Below the pieces are notes generated by a model that was not told where the DNA came from, searched no databases, and worked only from the letters and a program-made list of their open reading frames with translations. From contig NW_024704743.1 in the NCBI RefSeq assembly GCF_018977255.1, positions 11,410,001 to 11,474,000 of the forward strand: 64,000 nucleotides of DNA. The letters are read 5' to 3'. Origin of the DNA: Callorhinchus milii (taxonomy: Eukaryota). Positions 50,023-63,837 of the stretch are shown here, in pieces. The translations under genes and the position numbers were made by a program. The stretch's first letter is position 1. Every line of letters begins with the position of its first letter.

Positions 50023-52449
50023 AAAAAGTCAGATAATCCCAAAATTTGTCTGGATGAAAAGACCCTTCTGCCCATCCGATCTCATCCCTCCAGACCTCCC
50101 ACAATATCAATCTCCGATCACTGTATCAAGATGCTTTTTAAATGAGTCTAGGCCTCTACTAGTCGTTGATTATCCTCTGCATAAAAAGATCCTCCCGGCA
50201 TCTGTCCTGAAATTGCTGTTTACAACTCTAAACCTGTGTTTTCTTGTTCCAAGGTCTTGATGCACTTCTATGAGATTCCCCCTCTGAGTTATCTTCTCTC
50301 ATTCCTGAAGAGCCCTAGGTTGTCTAATTGTGGATCGAAGTTCATTCCTCTAACACTGAGGATCATCTTTGTTGTGCTCCTCTGCACATCTCTAGGCCTA
50401 GCCCCTCATTTTATGACCAAAACTGTATGCAGCACTCAACATGTGGTCTGACAGCAGTGTACAGCCTGTGTATCAAGTCTGGGGACATAAACTCAACTGA
50501 TTTTGCAATATAGCCTAACATTATGTTTGCCACTATGTTCCAATGAGCCACAATGCAAGCTCGAGGAAGAGCATCTCATTTAGCAGCTAGGGATCTTACA
50601 GCCCTCTGGCCTCAATATTGATTTCAACAATTTCAGACCATAACAAGTCACTTTTCCCCCCCCTCTCTTCTGTGACCATTACCACATCATCCGGGTCCCA
50701 GACACATCTTTACTCTCTCTGGCCTGCCTATTTTGTTGCCATTTTCCCCCACTTTTGTTTTGCATTATTAACACTTCTATTCCCCTGTTTTGTTGCATTC
50801 CACCCCCTTTGTTTCGATCATTAACACCTCTTTAACCCAAACATTGACTCACTTTCCTTTCTCTATAGATGCTGAGTGATGAGTGATCCCAGCAACTTCT
50901 GATTATGTTTGCCTTGTTTATTGCAACCTCACACTGTTTGACACAATGACATTGTGGAGTCCTGTAGTTTTGTGGTTAGCGCAATTGCCTCGCAAGCGAA
51001 AGGACCTGGGTTCAATTCTCGGGCAGGGCGAAACATAAATCTTTGCTCCTCTATTTACCTAGCAGTAAGTAGGAACCAGCAGATCACTTTTCTGGGGTAA
51101 TGATTCCTTCAAAAAAAGTAAGAACACTTGGTCACTCAATCTATCACTACTTGTGGGACACTAACATAAGAACATAAGAAATGCTAGACGAAAAAAGACC
51201 AAGGTCCATCTAGTTCACCTTCCAACCTCTTGGTGGTCGCATGCACATATGTCCCAAACTACCTATGTACTAGATCCCATAATGTTATTTTCTATAAGAA
51301 CATAAGAAATACTAGACACTGTTGTGCGCAATTGGCTGCTGCATTTTGCCCACAAAATATACAGTCAATTTACTCTACCGTATAATCTGTGAAGCACTTT
51401 GAGACATCTAGAAGATGTGATAAGGCACTATCAAATGCCTTATCATTGATTATTATTATCATTACAGTGAGTGATGAGTCAACTAACCCTCCTATCCTGA
51501 AGCCATCAATAATTATTGAATATATTTTTAATTTTTTTAACAGATTTCCATGTGATAATTATCTCATGTTAAAATACCACATGTTTCACAACTTCACTAA
51601 ATTGCTGAAAAATGATTAGAAATGTAACTATCCATACACCATCCTAGATGATTGGGTACAGCTCTATCTGACACATGCAGAACCCTCACCATGCTTAAGA
51701 GTATCCAAACCAAGCTGAAAGTTCTACGTATCCCACCTACACATGGAAATCCCAGAGATAGATTGTTGGAATGGAATGCACACTTGGAGGGACACATCCT
51801 GTTTACCTAATTCTGGAAAGTATTAGGTGTAGGTTTGCATTAGTCAAGGCTTGGGGACCCCAGAGTGTGAGTTAAGGTACTGGTGGAGTCTAACCAGCTA
51901 AATCCATTGATATCACTGTCTGACAAACTTTTCTGCTGCTTGTCCAGTTAGGACCACCCTACCCATTAGGGCTTTGTCTTGTGTTAACAGGAACTGAGTA
52001 GAATGACTCCCTATCCCCAGTGACTGGTGGATATGCTGCTTGTTGATGGGGACCTGCAAGCCCTAAAGTGATTGTAAAGTGGTATCAGGACATCATGACA
52101 CTTTGCAAAGTGTTGGCTGCCACTGCTCCGGGTAGTGATCTGGAAGAAAGGTAATGAGAAAGTGCAGCTGCTGTTTGCACATGTCCATAAACACCATCTG
52201 CCTGGCTCATTAATCTGTTCCAGCTCACAACACGTAGATTTACAGGGTACACCTAGGCTACCCATCAAATCCTGTCTCTCTGTCTAATCTCTCTCTTTAT
52301 CTATCTAATCTTCCTAGTTATTCATCTAATTTCTCTCCAGTTATCAGTTTATTTTGTCTCTCTAGTTATCGGATAATCTCTCTTTAGTTATTTATCTAAT
52401 CTCTTTGGTTGTCAATCTAATCTCTCTCTAGTTATCTATCTAATAGTAA

Positions 52450-52810
52450 TATAACAATAATTCTTGCATTTAATATAGCACCATGTCACGTCTTCGAGAC
52501 ATCTCAAAGCATAGAATATACTGGAAAGTGAATTGACTGTATATTTTGTGGGCGAAATGCAGCAGCCAATTGCACACAGCAGTGTCCCATAAATAGTTGT
52601 TCACTGAATGACCAAATCATTATTTACATTTTTTTNGAAGGGATTATTATTCCCAGAAAAGCAATCCACCAATGCACTAACAGCTAGGTAAACAGAATAA
52701 GGTAAACAAAGTAAGGAAACTTGCCTAAAGTTTCACCCTGACTTGGAATGGAACCCAGGTCCTCTCGTTTGGGAGGCGATTGCTCTAACCAATACGCGAG
52801 AGAACTCCAC
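52450..52810 (-). mobile_element. Deu-domain tRNA SINE within a degenerate (TATC/TCTC) low-complexity tract
   Basis: Reverse-complement head, core and tail; the low-complexity tract flanks both sides. Confidence 0.8.
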
Positions 52811-53871
52811 TAACCTTAGTTAACTAATCTCTCTCTAGTTACACCTCTAAACTCTCTTTAGTTCTTTCTGTAATCTCTTTCTAGTTATCTAATCTCTGTA
52901 ATGCTCATTGTTCATTGTTGCTTTTACTGTTTCTAAATTGTCATCTGCCAAATTGACCACCACTTGAATACAGGCAATATAAATGAATAACTGACCACTA
53001 GTTGAAAGTGTACTAGCTGGTGAGTAACATGTAAGTAAATGACTTTAAATCTGAAGTTAATGAGAATCTCAGATGTGACTGAGGCACACTTACACCAATC
53101 AGTCATATCATTACAGCCCACTGTATGCTATATTCAGTGTCCTGATTTTTAAGCAGATCAAATTACCTACACAGCTCAGTGGTCTCACACAATTACTCAC
53201 ACAGTCTCATTTCAATCCCAATTTTGTTCTGTGTGGAGATTTGTAAGAGAGTGTCAGAGCTCACTGATGACCACATTTACTGCCAGTTATAAGGTATAAG
53301 ATGGCCCTTAGCTGGGGGAGTGTCTTTTATGAACGGGACATCAATCCCCCATCCCATCTCCCGACACACACATCTCTAAGGAACTGTCTGTCCCCACACA
53401 GCTCTTGAAGAGAAAATAACTGGATTTATGTCAGGCAGGCAGGCAGGCAGACAGACACTTCACATAGCATTGGTGAGCTTTATTTTTCACCTTTATCGAG
53501 GAATCATGACCAACAACAATAGCACAGAACTTGCACTTACACTGAGTTTCAACAACAAAACAACACTCGCATTTATATAGCGCTCTTTACATGGGATAAT
53601 AATAAGAATAATCCTTGCATTTCATACAGTGTCTTATGTTCAAACATCTCAAAGCGCTTCACAGAATATGCTGTAAAGTGAATTGGCTGGAGAACCATAG
53701 CAATTTATAGTGCAGAAGAAGGTCATTTGGCCCATTTACTGTGAAAACAACAAAATTACATTTGTATAGTGCCTTTCACTTTGGGAGGATGTCCCAAAAG
53801 GAGTGACTGTGTATTTGCAGGCAAATTCAGTAGCATAATTGCTCACAGTAATGTCCCACAAAAAAGAGAAA

Positions 53872-54195
53872 CAACAACAACAAAATTACATTTCTAGAAC
53901 GCCTTTCACATCGGGAGGACTTCCCAAAGCGCTGAACAGTCAGGTGTCGGGGCCCGAGTATGGGGGAGGGATGGTATAGGGGTGAGGGAAGGCAGAGAGG
54001 TGGGAGGGAGACCAAAGGCACGGTCGAAGAGAAGGGTCTTGAGACCGACCTTGAAGAAGGCAAGTGAGGAAGCGAGGCGAAGGGACCGTGGGATGGAGTT
54101 CCAGAGAGTGTAGCGGCAGAGAGGCTGAAAGCCCGGCCACCGATGGTAGGGCGGGTCAGGCAGGAGATATGGAGCAGGCCGGAGCCTGGAGCAGG
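53872..54195 (-). mobile_element. L2 LINE 3' end
   Basis: LWNSIPRSLRLASSLAFFKVGLKTLLFDRAFG; (TTG)n tail. Confidence 0.85.
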
Positions 54196-54309
54196 CCGAA
54201 ATAGAGAGAGAGAGAACCTGTGCAGTTAGGAAAAACTTAATAGACTTTAAGATCTGAAACCTAGGACACTGATGGTGGTGCGGATACATTGGGAGATTTT
54301 TTCTTTATC

Positions 54310-54846
54310 AGTGGGCATTTGACTCATGTGGAAATCCATCACCAAACATCCAAACCATGCTGAGATTTCTATGCATCCCATCTACACATTGAAAATCCCA
54401 GAGATAGATTGTTGGAATGGAATGTGCATTCTTTCCCTTGAGGGACACATCCTTTCTGGAAAGTATTAGGTGCCGGTTGGCAAAAGCCAAGGCTTGGGGC
54501 CCCTAGAGTTTGCGTCGGGGTACTGCTGGAGTCTAACCAGCTAAAACCACATAGCTTGCCATTCATATTGCTGTCCGGCAAGCTTTCCTGATGCTTGTCT
54601 AGCTGAGACCATCCTATCCGTTAGGGCTTTGGCTTGTTGGATTAACAGGAGCTGAGTGGGATGATTCCCTGCCCCCAATTTCTGGTCTGCCTGCTGATGA
54701 AGCAGGCTGGCTGTGCTGTCAGCAGTGCCCTGGAATACTACAGACCCGCCTGGCTTAGGAACAGGACTAGAGACCGTCACAGAGAGCGGGCACAATTCCA
54801 ACATTCTATTGCCAGGCATGTAACCTTGGAGCCAGTTCAGCTCCAA
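54310..54846 (-). mobile_element. Unclassified ~570-nt A-tailed repeat (near full-length copy)
   Basis: Minus strand begins GGAGCTGAACTGGCTCC; T-rich run at 54297-54308. Confidence 0.8.
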
Positions 54847-55794
54847 GTAGCCCCCCCCCGTTTATATTGGGATACATGCAGCAAGCCTGAATGAGGGGGA
54901 GGGGGCAATCAGAGGAGGGGGCAGGAGATCAGAGAGATAGGGTTTTATAAGTGACGCTGATGACTTTGAAATCGATCAACTGGAAGACGGTGAAATCATG
55001 GGTGATGGGCATGTGGAGTTTGGTGTGGGTGAGTTTGCCAGTTGGTGGAGTTTTGCATGAATTGAAGATAATGATTGGTGGATGATATCTTGAACCATTT
55101 CATAGAGTGGAGTGCGAGCCTGGAGTAGGTTAGGAGGTATGGGCTGTCGGAGGGAGGTGACCAAAGTACAGTCAAACAGGTAATGTTTTGGAAGGGTTTT
55201 GTAAACAGATTGAAAAGAATCCCATTTACACCACTAATTAGGCCCTTTTAAAAGAAATTCCTTCAAAGTACACAGTATTACACTTTGCCTGCAGTGCTCA
55301 CCTACTAAAATCACAGTCACTACGCTTTATGGTAAATCCTGTGAAGCGCCTTGACAATAAAAACAAATTACATTTGTGTAGTGCCTTTCATATTGATTTG
55401 CTGATCCTGCAAAATGCTTTGACACGTCCCCATGACATGAAAGGTGCCATTTCAAATGCAAGGATTATTTATTAACTGTGAAGAGATGTGACAGAATCTG
55501 AGGTGATTCACTGAGCAATTTATGAGCAATGTCAATAGCAGCAGATCCTGTGCTCACCTGCCCTGAACTCTTGGTTTCTCACTACCCCTCAGGAGACCCT
55601 ATTTCCATTTAATATTCCCAAGGTACAACTGACTTTTATCACTTTTTTTAACAAGTACTATATATTCTGTGTTATAAATAAATTTGAAGCTGGGTGAAAA
55701 TAGTGCATGGATTACAATTGAGTTCCAGCTGCAATATGTGTGTGTTTGTCAGCCTGGCACAGTGGTAACACTTTCACCTCTGAGTCAGAAAGTT

Positions 55795-56190
55795 ATGGAG
55801 TCCCTTAGCTTAGTGGTTAGCGTGCTTGCCTCGCAAGTGAGAGGACCTAGGTTTGATTCCTGGCTGGGGCAAATCCTTAGACTTGAGAGGACCTGGGTTC
55901 AATCCCTGGGTGGGGCAAAACCTTAGGGAAGTTTCCTTACTCCACATGCCTCCGTTTACCTAGCAGTAAGTAGGAACCCAGTTATTAGTTGATTGCCGAA
56001 TTGCTTTCTGAGGGTAATTATCCCTTCAAAAAAAATTTAAAAATTGGTCACTCGACTGATTGTGGGAAACTGACGCAATAGCTGCCACATTTCACCGACA
56101 AAATATATTTACAATATATTCTGTGAAACTCTTTGAGACGTCTCAACAACATGATAAGATGCTATATCGAATGTCAGGAATTTATAATCT
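55795..56190 (+). mobile_element. Deu-domain SINE with duplicated B-box segment
   Basis: GAGGACCT.GGTT..ATTCC.GG.TGGGGCAAA.CCTTAG present twice (55840-55926). Confidence 0.75.
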
Positions 56191-59100
56191 TTATCATCTT
56201 TAACGTCTTCCTGACCAGGCAGAAGGGGGCTTGGTTTAACATTTCATCGAAAGGACGTCATCTCTACCAATGTAGCAGACTCCTAACAATGCATTAGAAT
56301 CTATGAGTTTAAAGTTTTGTTCGCAAAATATATAGTAAAAAAAACTTTACAGTATATCCTGTGAAGCTTTGAGACATCTCAATGAGGTAAAACGACACTA
56401 TTGCAAATGCAAAGATTATTATTATAGCTCTGACATGGGTATTGCACCCACAACCTTCTGACGCAGAGGTGCAAGTGCTACCCCCTGAGCCAACTGATAC
56501 ACAAGATTCCATGTGAAAAGATAAGAGTTTTTTCGAGTGTCCTGCTAGCAATCTGTGCACAGTTTTTTTAAAAATTGTCATTTCATAGCTGTTTGTGGGA
56601 TGTTGCTGTGCACGAGTTGGCATGCTGGTTCGCCTACAAAACACACAGTCATTACACTTTACGGTAAAGCGATGTGAGATGTTCTCCCAAAAGACTTTGC
56701 ATCATATGTAAGGATCATTATAGTTATTTTTTATTGAGGTTTGCTCTTAAATAAGTTGGCGTGTTTTACCTTAAACCGAAACAGACTGAACGTAAGACTT
56801 TTCACAACTCTTTGGAAACTCTTTACCACTTTCTCTTGGAAAATGGTGTGACAGGCTAAGACCAGGTGGAATTTGGGAGTGGTGGGGAGAGGAAGGGGGT
56901 TGGAATGAAGTTTGCCTGCCTGTGACTTGCGGGCAGTGCCAAACGCTCACTGTTGAGCGGGTGTGTGTGTGTCCTGCCTGCATCCGGTCTGTTTGAAGCT
57001 CCTCTGGGAATCTCCTCCCTCATCCCAAAGTAATCAATCATCCTCAGGGATATGACAATCTCCCGGAGCAGAGTGGGAGAGCAAAAGGCAATAATGGTGA
57101 CGGAATGTGTGTCTGGGCAGCTGCACTTTGTACAAAGACAGAGGGAGAGGACTGAGCATTGAGACATCTGGTCACTGGCTAACGCATTCCTCAGCTTTGT
57201 TTGGGTCTCGGTTGGCAAACAGCGGCAGAGAGGCAGCAACACAAAGAGAAGGGTTCCTGCAGGCAAGGTGCTGCAGACAATTACATTTCTTTGATTTCAG
57301 AAGCCGTTGCCCCACAAAGTGGATGCACCTGATATCACCAGGCCAGCATTGCAGAGGCTCACACCACTCTGGTGACTACTACTCTTGGGACACTTTTTAA
57401 AATGATTGCCCCCTCCTTTTCCCTCCCTGTTTCGCTTCCCTCCTCCCCATTTGTCTCCTTCCAAAGCCTCCTGAAATATCAGTGTAACTGAGAGTGTAAA
57501 TGGCCATCCACAAACAGCAGAAACACTACTTCAGTGAGCAAGTAGTAAACGCACAAAACAGGCTCCCTAAGGAGACAGTGGAAGCAGAAAGTGTCAAATC
57601 TTTCAACAACAACAACAAAACTACATTTGTATAGTGCTTTTCATGCTGGGAGAATGTCCCAAGGTGCTGAAGGACAAATTAGATAGATTTCTGTTAGGCA
57701 ACAATATCTCGGAATACAATATCTAGTTTGGGACACGACATGTCGTGCGATGCAAGGATGGTGGAAGATGATCTGGATGGACCTGGGTCTTCCTTTGCCA
57801 AGCAAATTCTCATGTTCTTGTGTTCTTTCCAGTCCCTCCCTCCAGTGGGAGACGCATGTTGAGGTTTTTGTTTGAATACGTGTGTCCGTAGTCCGTATTC
57901 CCTCTACACAAGGCTCACACTACATGCGCCCCTCTTTGGCTCTGCTGGCTCCCAATATCCTTTTTTTTGGTAAGCCAAATATCCTACACCAGGTAACTTT
58001 TCTTGTGTCATCTTGGCTAAGTGGTAACACTGAAATCCCATGTCGGAACTTCAAATCCCATAGTCTAAGTTGACACTGCATGCAGTGCTGGGAGTGTATT
58101 GCACTGTCAGAAGTGCTGTACTTCAGATGAGATGTTAAAACAAGGTCCCATCTTCCTGTTCAGGTGAATGTTAAAGATCTCATGGCATTATTTGAAAAGA
58201 GAAGGGAATATCTCCCGGTATGCTGAACAACAATCCCCCAAATAAAATTGGTCACCAACTTCATGGTTGTTTGCTGTGTACAGTTGTTTGCCTATAAATA
58301 CACAGTCAATCTATTCAACAATAATTCCCATGAAGAACTGTGAGATATCCTTCTGACAAGATAAGGTGCTATATTATAAGCAAGGATTATTATTATTATT
58401 ACTAGTGTAAACCCACCCACCTGCTTAAGAATGTCCAAACCAGACTGAGAGTTTCACATGTGTAAGCCACCTTACACACAGAAATTTCCCATTGTCTGGA
58501 ATGCCTCCTCTGAATAGAAGCTCCCTGCTTACCTAATTCTGGAGAGTATCAGGCACAGGTTGGCTAAGGGGATCCTAGAGCAGGCATTGGGGTAACTGCT
58601 GAAGTGTAACCAGCTAAAACCACATAGCTTGCCATTGAGAGCACTGTCTGGCAAGCTTTCCCACTGCTTCTACAGCTAAGATTAAAGACCCTGGCCCTGG
58701 AAAGGGACGATGTGCCCCAAAACAGAATCTATTTGGTTAGAGTTAAGGTGTAGAAAAGGAGCGGTTACTCTATTAGGTGTAAACAATACACCATCAAATA
58801 GTAGGAAGGAGATAGACAAGTTAATCTGCAAGCAGATTTCAGAAAGGTGCAAAACCAATAGAGTAGTGATAATGGGGGACTTCAATTATCCTAACATAAA
58901 CTGGCAAAATAACAGTGGGGCCAGGAGGGGGAAGGATTCCTGAAATGTGTGCAGAATAACTTTCTGTATCAGTATGTTTCCAGCCAGCGAGGAAGGAAGC
59001 AGTGCTGGATCTAGTTCTGGGGAATGAAGTGGGGCAAATGGAGCAGGTTTCAGTAGGAGAGCATCTGGACAACAGTGATCACAACATCATTAGGATTAGT

Positions 59101-60176
59101 GTACTTATGGAAAGGGACAAGGAGCGATCAAAGGTGAAGGTATTCAATTGGAAGAGGATTAATTTCAATGAGTTAAAAAGGGACCTAGCCAAGGTGGATT
59201 GGAAAGAAATATTGGCAGCTGAAACAGCTAACAAGCAGTGGGAAGCCTTCAAGGAGGAGTTAGTTCAGGGACAGAACAAATACATTCAAAGGGGGAAGGT
59301 AGGGCATCCAAACCTCCCCGGATGAATAAGGAAATTGGGATTAAAATAAAACAGAGAAAGGAAGCTTATGATAAATGTCAGGTCCAAAATACAAATTCAA
59401 ATAGAATATAGAAAGTATAGAGTGAAACTGGAAAAGGGAATAAGAGGGGCAAAGAGATTGTATGAGAAAAGATTTGTGGATAACATTAGTGGATAACATA
59501 AAAGGGAACCCTAAGGTATTTTATAAGCATATAAAGAATAAAAGGTTAGTCAAAGGTAGGGTGGGTCCAATTAGGAACCAAAGAGGAAATCTTCTTGTGG
59601 AGGCTGACGTACTGAATGAGTACTTTGTATCTGCTTCACAAAAGAAGAGGATGCAGCCAAATGCCACAGTATCGGAGGAGAGGGTACAGAAATTGGATAA
59701 GAATAAACCGAGATACTAAAAAGGTTGTCGGTGCTCAAGGTAGATAAGTCACCCGGTCCGGATGGGACGTATTCGAGGTTATGAGGGAAGTAAGGGTGGA
59801 AATATTGGAGGCTCTGACCACAATCTTTCAAACCTCCTTGGACACTGCGGTGGTGCCAGATGACTGGAGAGTTGCAAATGTTACTCCCCTATACAAAAAG
59901 GGGCAGAAAGATAAACCTTGGGAACTACAGGCCAGTCAGCCTAACTACAGGTTCAGTCAGCCTAAGTAGTGGGAAATCTTCTAGAGACTTTCATCTACTA
60001 AATAAATTTTCACTTTGAAAAATGTGGGTTAATAAAGGACAGTCAACACAAATTTGTTAAAGACAAATCATGTCTAACAAACTTGATAGTTTTTTGATGA
60101 AGTAACGGAGAGGGTGGATGTAGTTTATATGGATTTTGGACTCGTGGAGTCCTGCAGCTATATTATATGGACTCGT

Positions 60177-60497
60177 GGAGTCCTGCAGCTCAGTGGTTAG
60201 AGCACTCGCTTTGCAAGTGAGAGACCTGAGTTCAATTCCAGGCAGAGGGCGAAACCTTGGGCAAGTTTCCTTACTCCACACAGAGCCTAATAATAATCCC
60301 TCCAAAAAAAAAACAATAATTAAATTGGTCATTTTCAATCTACGACTGTTTGTGGGACATTGCTGTGCGCAATTGGCTGCCGCGTTCGCCCACAAATATA
60401 CAGTCAATTCACTTTACAGTGTGTTCTGTGAAGCGCTTTGGGACGTCCTCCCGACGTGAAAAGCGCTATATCAAATGCAAGGATTATTATTATTATT
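60177..60497 (+). mobile_element. Young Deu-domain tRNA SINE with an abnormal 5' junction
   Basis: Young consensus; ATTTT duplication; extra 5' sequence at 60138-60176. Confidence 0.95.
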
Positions 60498-61254
60498 ATT
60501 TTCAAAAGGCGATTGATAAAGTGCCACATAAGAAACTTGTAAGCAAAGTAGAAGCCTAAGCCCATGGTATTAAATGGACAGTGGCAGCATGGATACAGAA
60601 CTGGCTCGGTGACAGAAAGCAAAGAGAGAGAGTGGTGGTGAATGGTTATTTTTCTGACTGGAGGGAAGTGTGCAATGGTGTCCTCCAGGGGTCAGTATTG
60701 GGACCACTGCTGTTTTTGATCCATATAAATGACATGGACTTGGGTATAGGGAGTACAATTTCTAAGTTTGCAGATGATGCTAAGCTAGGAAAAATAGTGA
60801 GGAGGATAGAAGAAGAAATAGACATAGACGGACTGGTAACATGGGCCGACATGTGGCAAATGAAGTTTAATGTGGAGAAATGCAAAGTGATGCATTTTGG
60901 GAGGAAGAATGAGGAGAGACAATATCAGCTGATGATAAAGGAGGTGAAGGAACAGAGAGACCTGGGGGTTCATATAAGTAAATCTTTGAAGGTGGCAGGA
61001 GAGGTAGATAAGGCTGTTAAAAAAGCATATGGGATACTAGGCTTTATACGGCATAGAATACAAAAGTTAGTAAGTTTGGTTAGGATTCAGCTAGAGTTCT
61101 GTGTTCAGTTCTGGGCACCACACTTTAGGAAGGATGTCAAGGCATTTGAGAAGGTGCAAAGAAGATTTACCAGGATGGTACCAAGAATGAGGACTTCAGT
61201 TATCAGGAGAGGTGAGAGATGCTGGATTATGCTACTTGGAGCAGAGAAGATTAA

Positions 61255-62160
61255 TCATAAAATCATATAGCACAGAAAGAGGCCATTCGGTCCATCGTGT
61301 CTGCACCAGCTCCGAAAAGAGCAATCCAATTCAATCCCACTGGCCCGCTTTCTCTCATAGCCCTGCAATCCTGTCCTCCCCAAATACCCATCTACTTCTC
61401 TCTTAAAAGTTGTCATTTAACCAGCTTCCACTATCCTTTCAGGTAATGCATTCCAGATCCGAACAACTCGCTGGGTGAAATTTTTTTCCTAACTCTATTT
61501 CTTTTAACAACTATCTTAAATCAATGTCCTCGGGTTACTGACCCACATGCCAGTGGAAACAGCTTTTCCCGGTTCAACCTATCAAATCCTCTCACGATCT
61601 TGAATACCTCTATTGAATCCCCTCTTAATCTTCTCTGCTCTAGGGAGAATAACCCTAGTTTCGCTAACGTCTCCTCAAAACTAAGGTACTTCATTCCTGG
61701 TACCATCCTGGTAAACCTCCTTTGCAACCTCTCCAATGCCCTCACATTTTTCCTAAAGTGCGGTGCCCAGAACTGAACGCAGTACACCAACTGAGGCCTA
61801 ACCAGCATTTTATAAATATTCAACTTTTGAATTCTCTGCCCCTATTTATAAAGCCTAGTATCCCATATGCTTTTTTAACAGCTTTATCTACCGGTCCTGC
61901 CACCTTCAGAGATTTACTTATGTGGACTCCAAGGTCTCTCTGTTCCTTCATCCCCTTTAAGATTGTACCATCATCTTATACTGCCTCCTCAATCTTCCTA
62001 CCAAAATGCAACACTTTGCATTTCTCCACATTAAACCTCATCTGCCACGTTTCTGCCCATTTTACCAATCTGTCTAAATCCTCTTGGACTGGTGATATCC
62101 TCCATTAACTACTTTTCCTAGCTTAGTATCCTCCGCAAATTTGGAAATTGTGCTCCCTAT
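61255..62160 (-). mobile_element. CR1 3' fragment nested antisense
   Basis: LVRPQLVYCVQFWAPHFRK..LERLQRRFTRM..TRGH; host CR1 resumes at ~62165. Confidence 0.88.
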
Positions 62161-63549
62161 ATCCAGGAGGAGACTTAGTTTTCAAAATTATGAGGAGATT
62201 CAATAGGTTGAACAAGGAAAATCTATTTCCACTGGTGGGTGGGTTGGTAACCCAAGGACACCAACTTATAATAGTTATTCAAAGAAACAGAGGAGGTGAG
62301 GAGAATTTTTTTTGGATCTGGAATGTATTGATTGAAAGAGTGATGGAAGCTGATTAGATAACAACTTTTAAGAGCAAAGTAGATCATTATTTGGTGAGGA
62401 CAAGTTTGCAGGGCTACAGGGAGAGAGCGGGGGAGTGGATTTGAATTGGATAGCTCTTTTCAAAGAGCCGGCATAGATGCGATGGGCTGAATGGCCTTCT
62501 TCTGTGCTGTATTCTATGATTCTATGATAAGACCATCCTACCCGTTAGGGCTTTGCCTTGCAGGGCTAATAGGAGCGGGGTGGGATGACTCCCTGCCCCA
62601 GTGTCTGTCTGTTCTTCCAGGTCCTGCCAATAAGCCATCATCACTGTGATGTCATCAGTAATGCCTTGGAATACTGCAGACCCTGTGGCTCAGGATTTGT
62701 ACTGCTGAGAACATCACAGAGAGATGACTCCATTCTGACCTTCTGTTGCCAAACATGTCACCTTGAAGTCAGTTTAGTTACAAAGAGACTCTGCTTATCA
62801 TACCATCCCCCATCCAATGCAGACCCATATCCCACTGGATTGACTTTACGATCAGCGTTCAAACCTTCAATTTGCCCTCTACTTAGCTCTGCAATCTTCT
62901 CCAGCCCAATTCTACTCTCTATTTCCACCACTCCACCAACTCTAGTCATTGTAAAATAATAAAGTCTATTAATCAGTTAGGGTTAGGGTTCAGGTTAGGG
63001 GTTGCTGTTTCCTTGCAATCTCAATCCAAGTAGACATTAGGGAACCCATAGCACTATTCAAAAGAGAAGGGAGTTTCTCTCTCCCAAAGCCTCAATCCCC
63101 CAAATAAAATTTGTCATCCACTGCATGGCTGTTTATGGGACAATTGCTGTGCCCAAATTGTCAGAGCCAGCTGAGAGGAGGTTGCAGACAGGTCTATATG
63201 GAGTTAGCAGGTCACAATGGTAGGAAGGAGCAAGCCCATGGAGGGCTTTGAAGGTGAGGAACAAGGATTTTGAGCTATCCTCTGGGTATCCTATGGGAAA
63301 CCAATGGAGCAGAACAAAGATGAGGGTACACAATCACCACATGTCACAGTAAACCTCCAGTAAACCTCCATGCATAGAGATACAGTGTGTCACAGAGGTG
63401 ATGGGAATCACTGAACAGGGAAGTAAGGATTGGTGCTGACTAAACATTTGTTTGAGGATTTTGAAAATGGAGAGAAAGTGCTTGGCGGAGGACCAAAGCA
63501 TGGGGAAGGGAATAAGGGGAGTGGCTGGAAACTTTGCACCCAATTGAGG

Positions 63550-63830
63550 GGTGGATGAAACCCTAGTCCATGCCTTTGTCACCTCTCGGCTGAACGGCTC
63601 TAACGCCCTCCTTGTCGGTCTCCCATCCACTACCAGCCATAAAATCCAAATCATTCAAATGCCGCCCGCATTCTTACCCACACAAAACTCCAATCCCCGA
63701 TCACCCCAGTCCTTGCCAGACTGCACTGGCTGCCTATCCCAGAGAGGATCGATTTTAAGATCCTCACCCTTGTATTCAAGTCCCTGCAATCCTCTACCCC
63801 CCACCCCCTACCTCTCTGACCTCCTCTTTC
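63550..63830 (+). mobile_element. L2 LINE fragment
   Basis: ETLVHAFVTSRL..NALLVGLP..KIQIIQ. Confidence 0.8.
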
Positions 63831-63837
63831 CTCAAAA

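Larger units (their letters stand above)
58683..62526 (+). mobile_element. 5'-truncated CR1 ORF2 (EN-RT) carrying a nested SINE and a nested antisense CR1
   Basis: IMGDFNYPNINW; LDLVLGNE..SDHN; DWRVANVTPLYKKG; GVLQGSVLGPLLF..FADDAKL; TAAGA duplicated at both ends inside the unclassified repeat. Confidence 0.9.

Noticed and set aside
54310..54846. Unclassified repeat as telomerase RNA or a hammerhead retrozyme (has TAACCCT and, in some copies, CTGATGA)
   Set aside because: No pseudoknot or CR4/5 motifs recognised, and no GAAA closing a hammerhead core
56856..57266. 136-aa ORF with a hydrophobic N-terminus
   Set aside because: No recognisable domain, no clear ATG or splice support; composition looks non-coding
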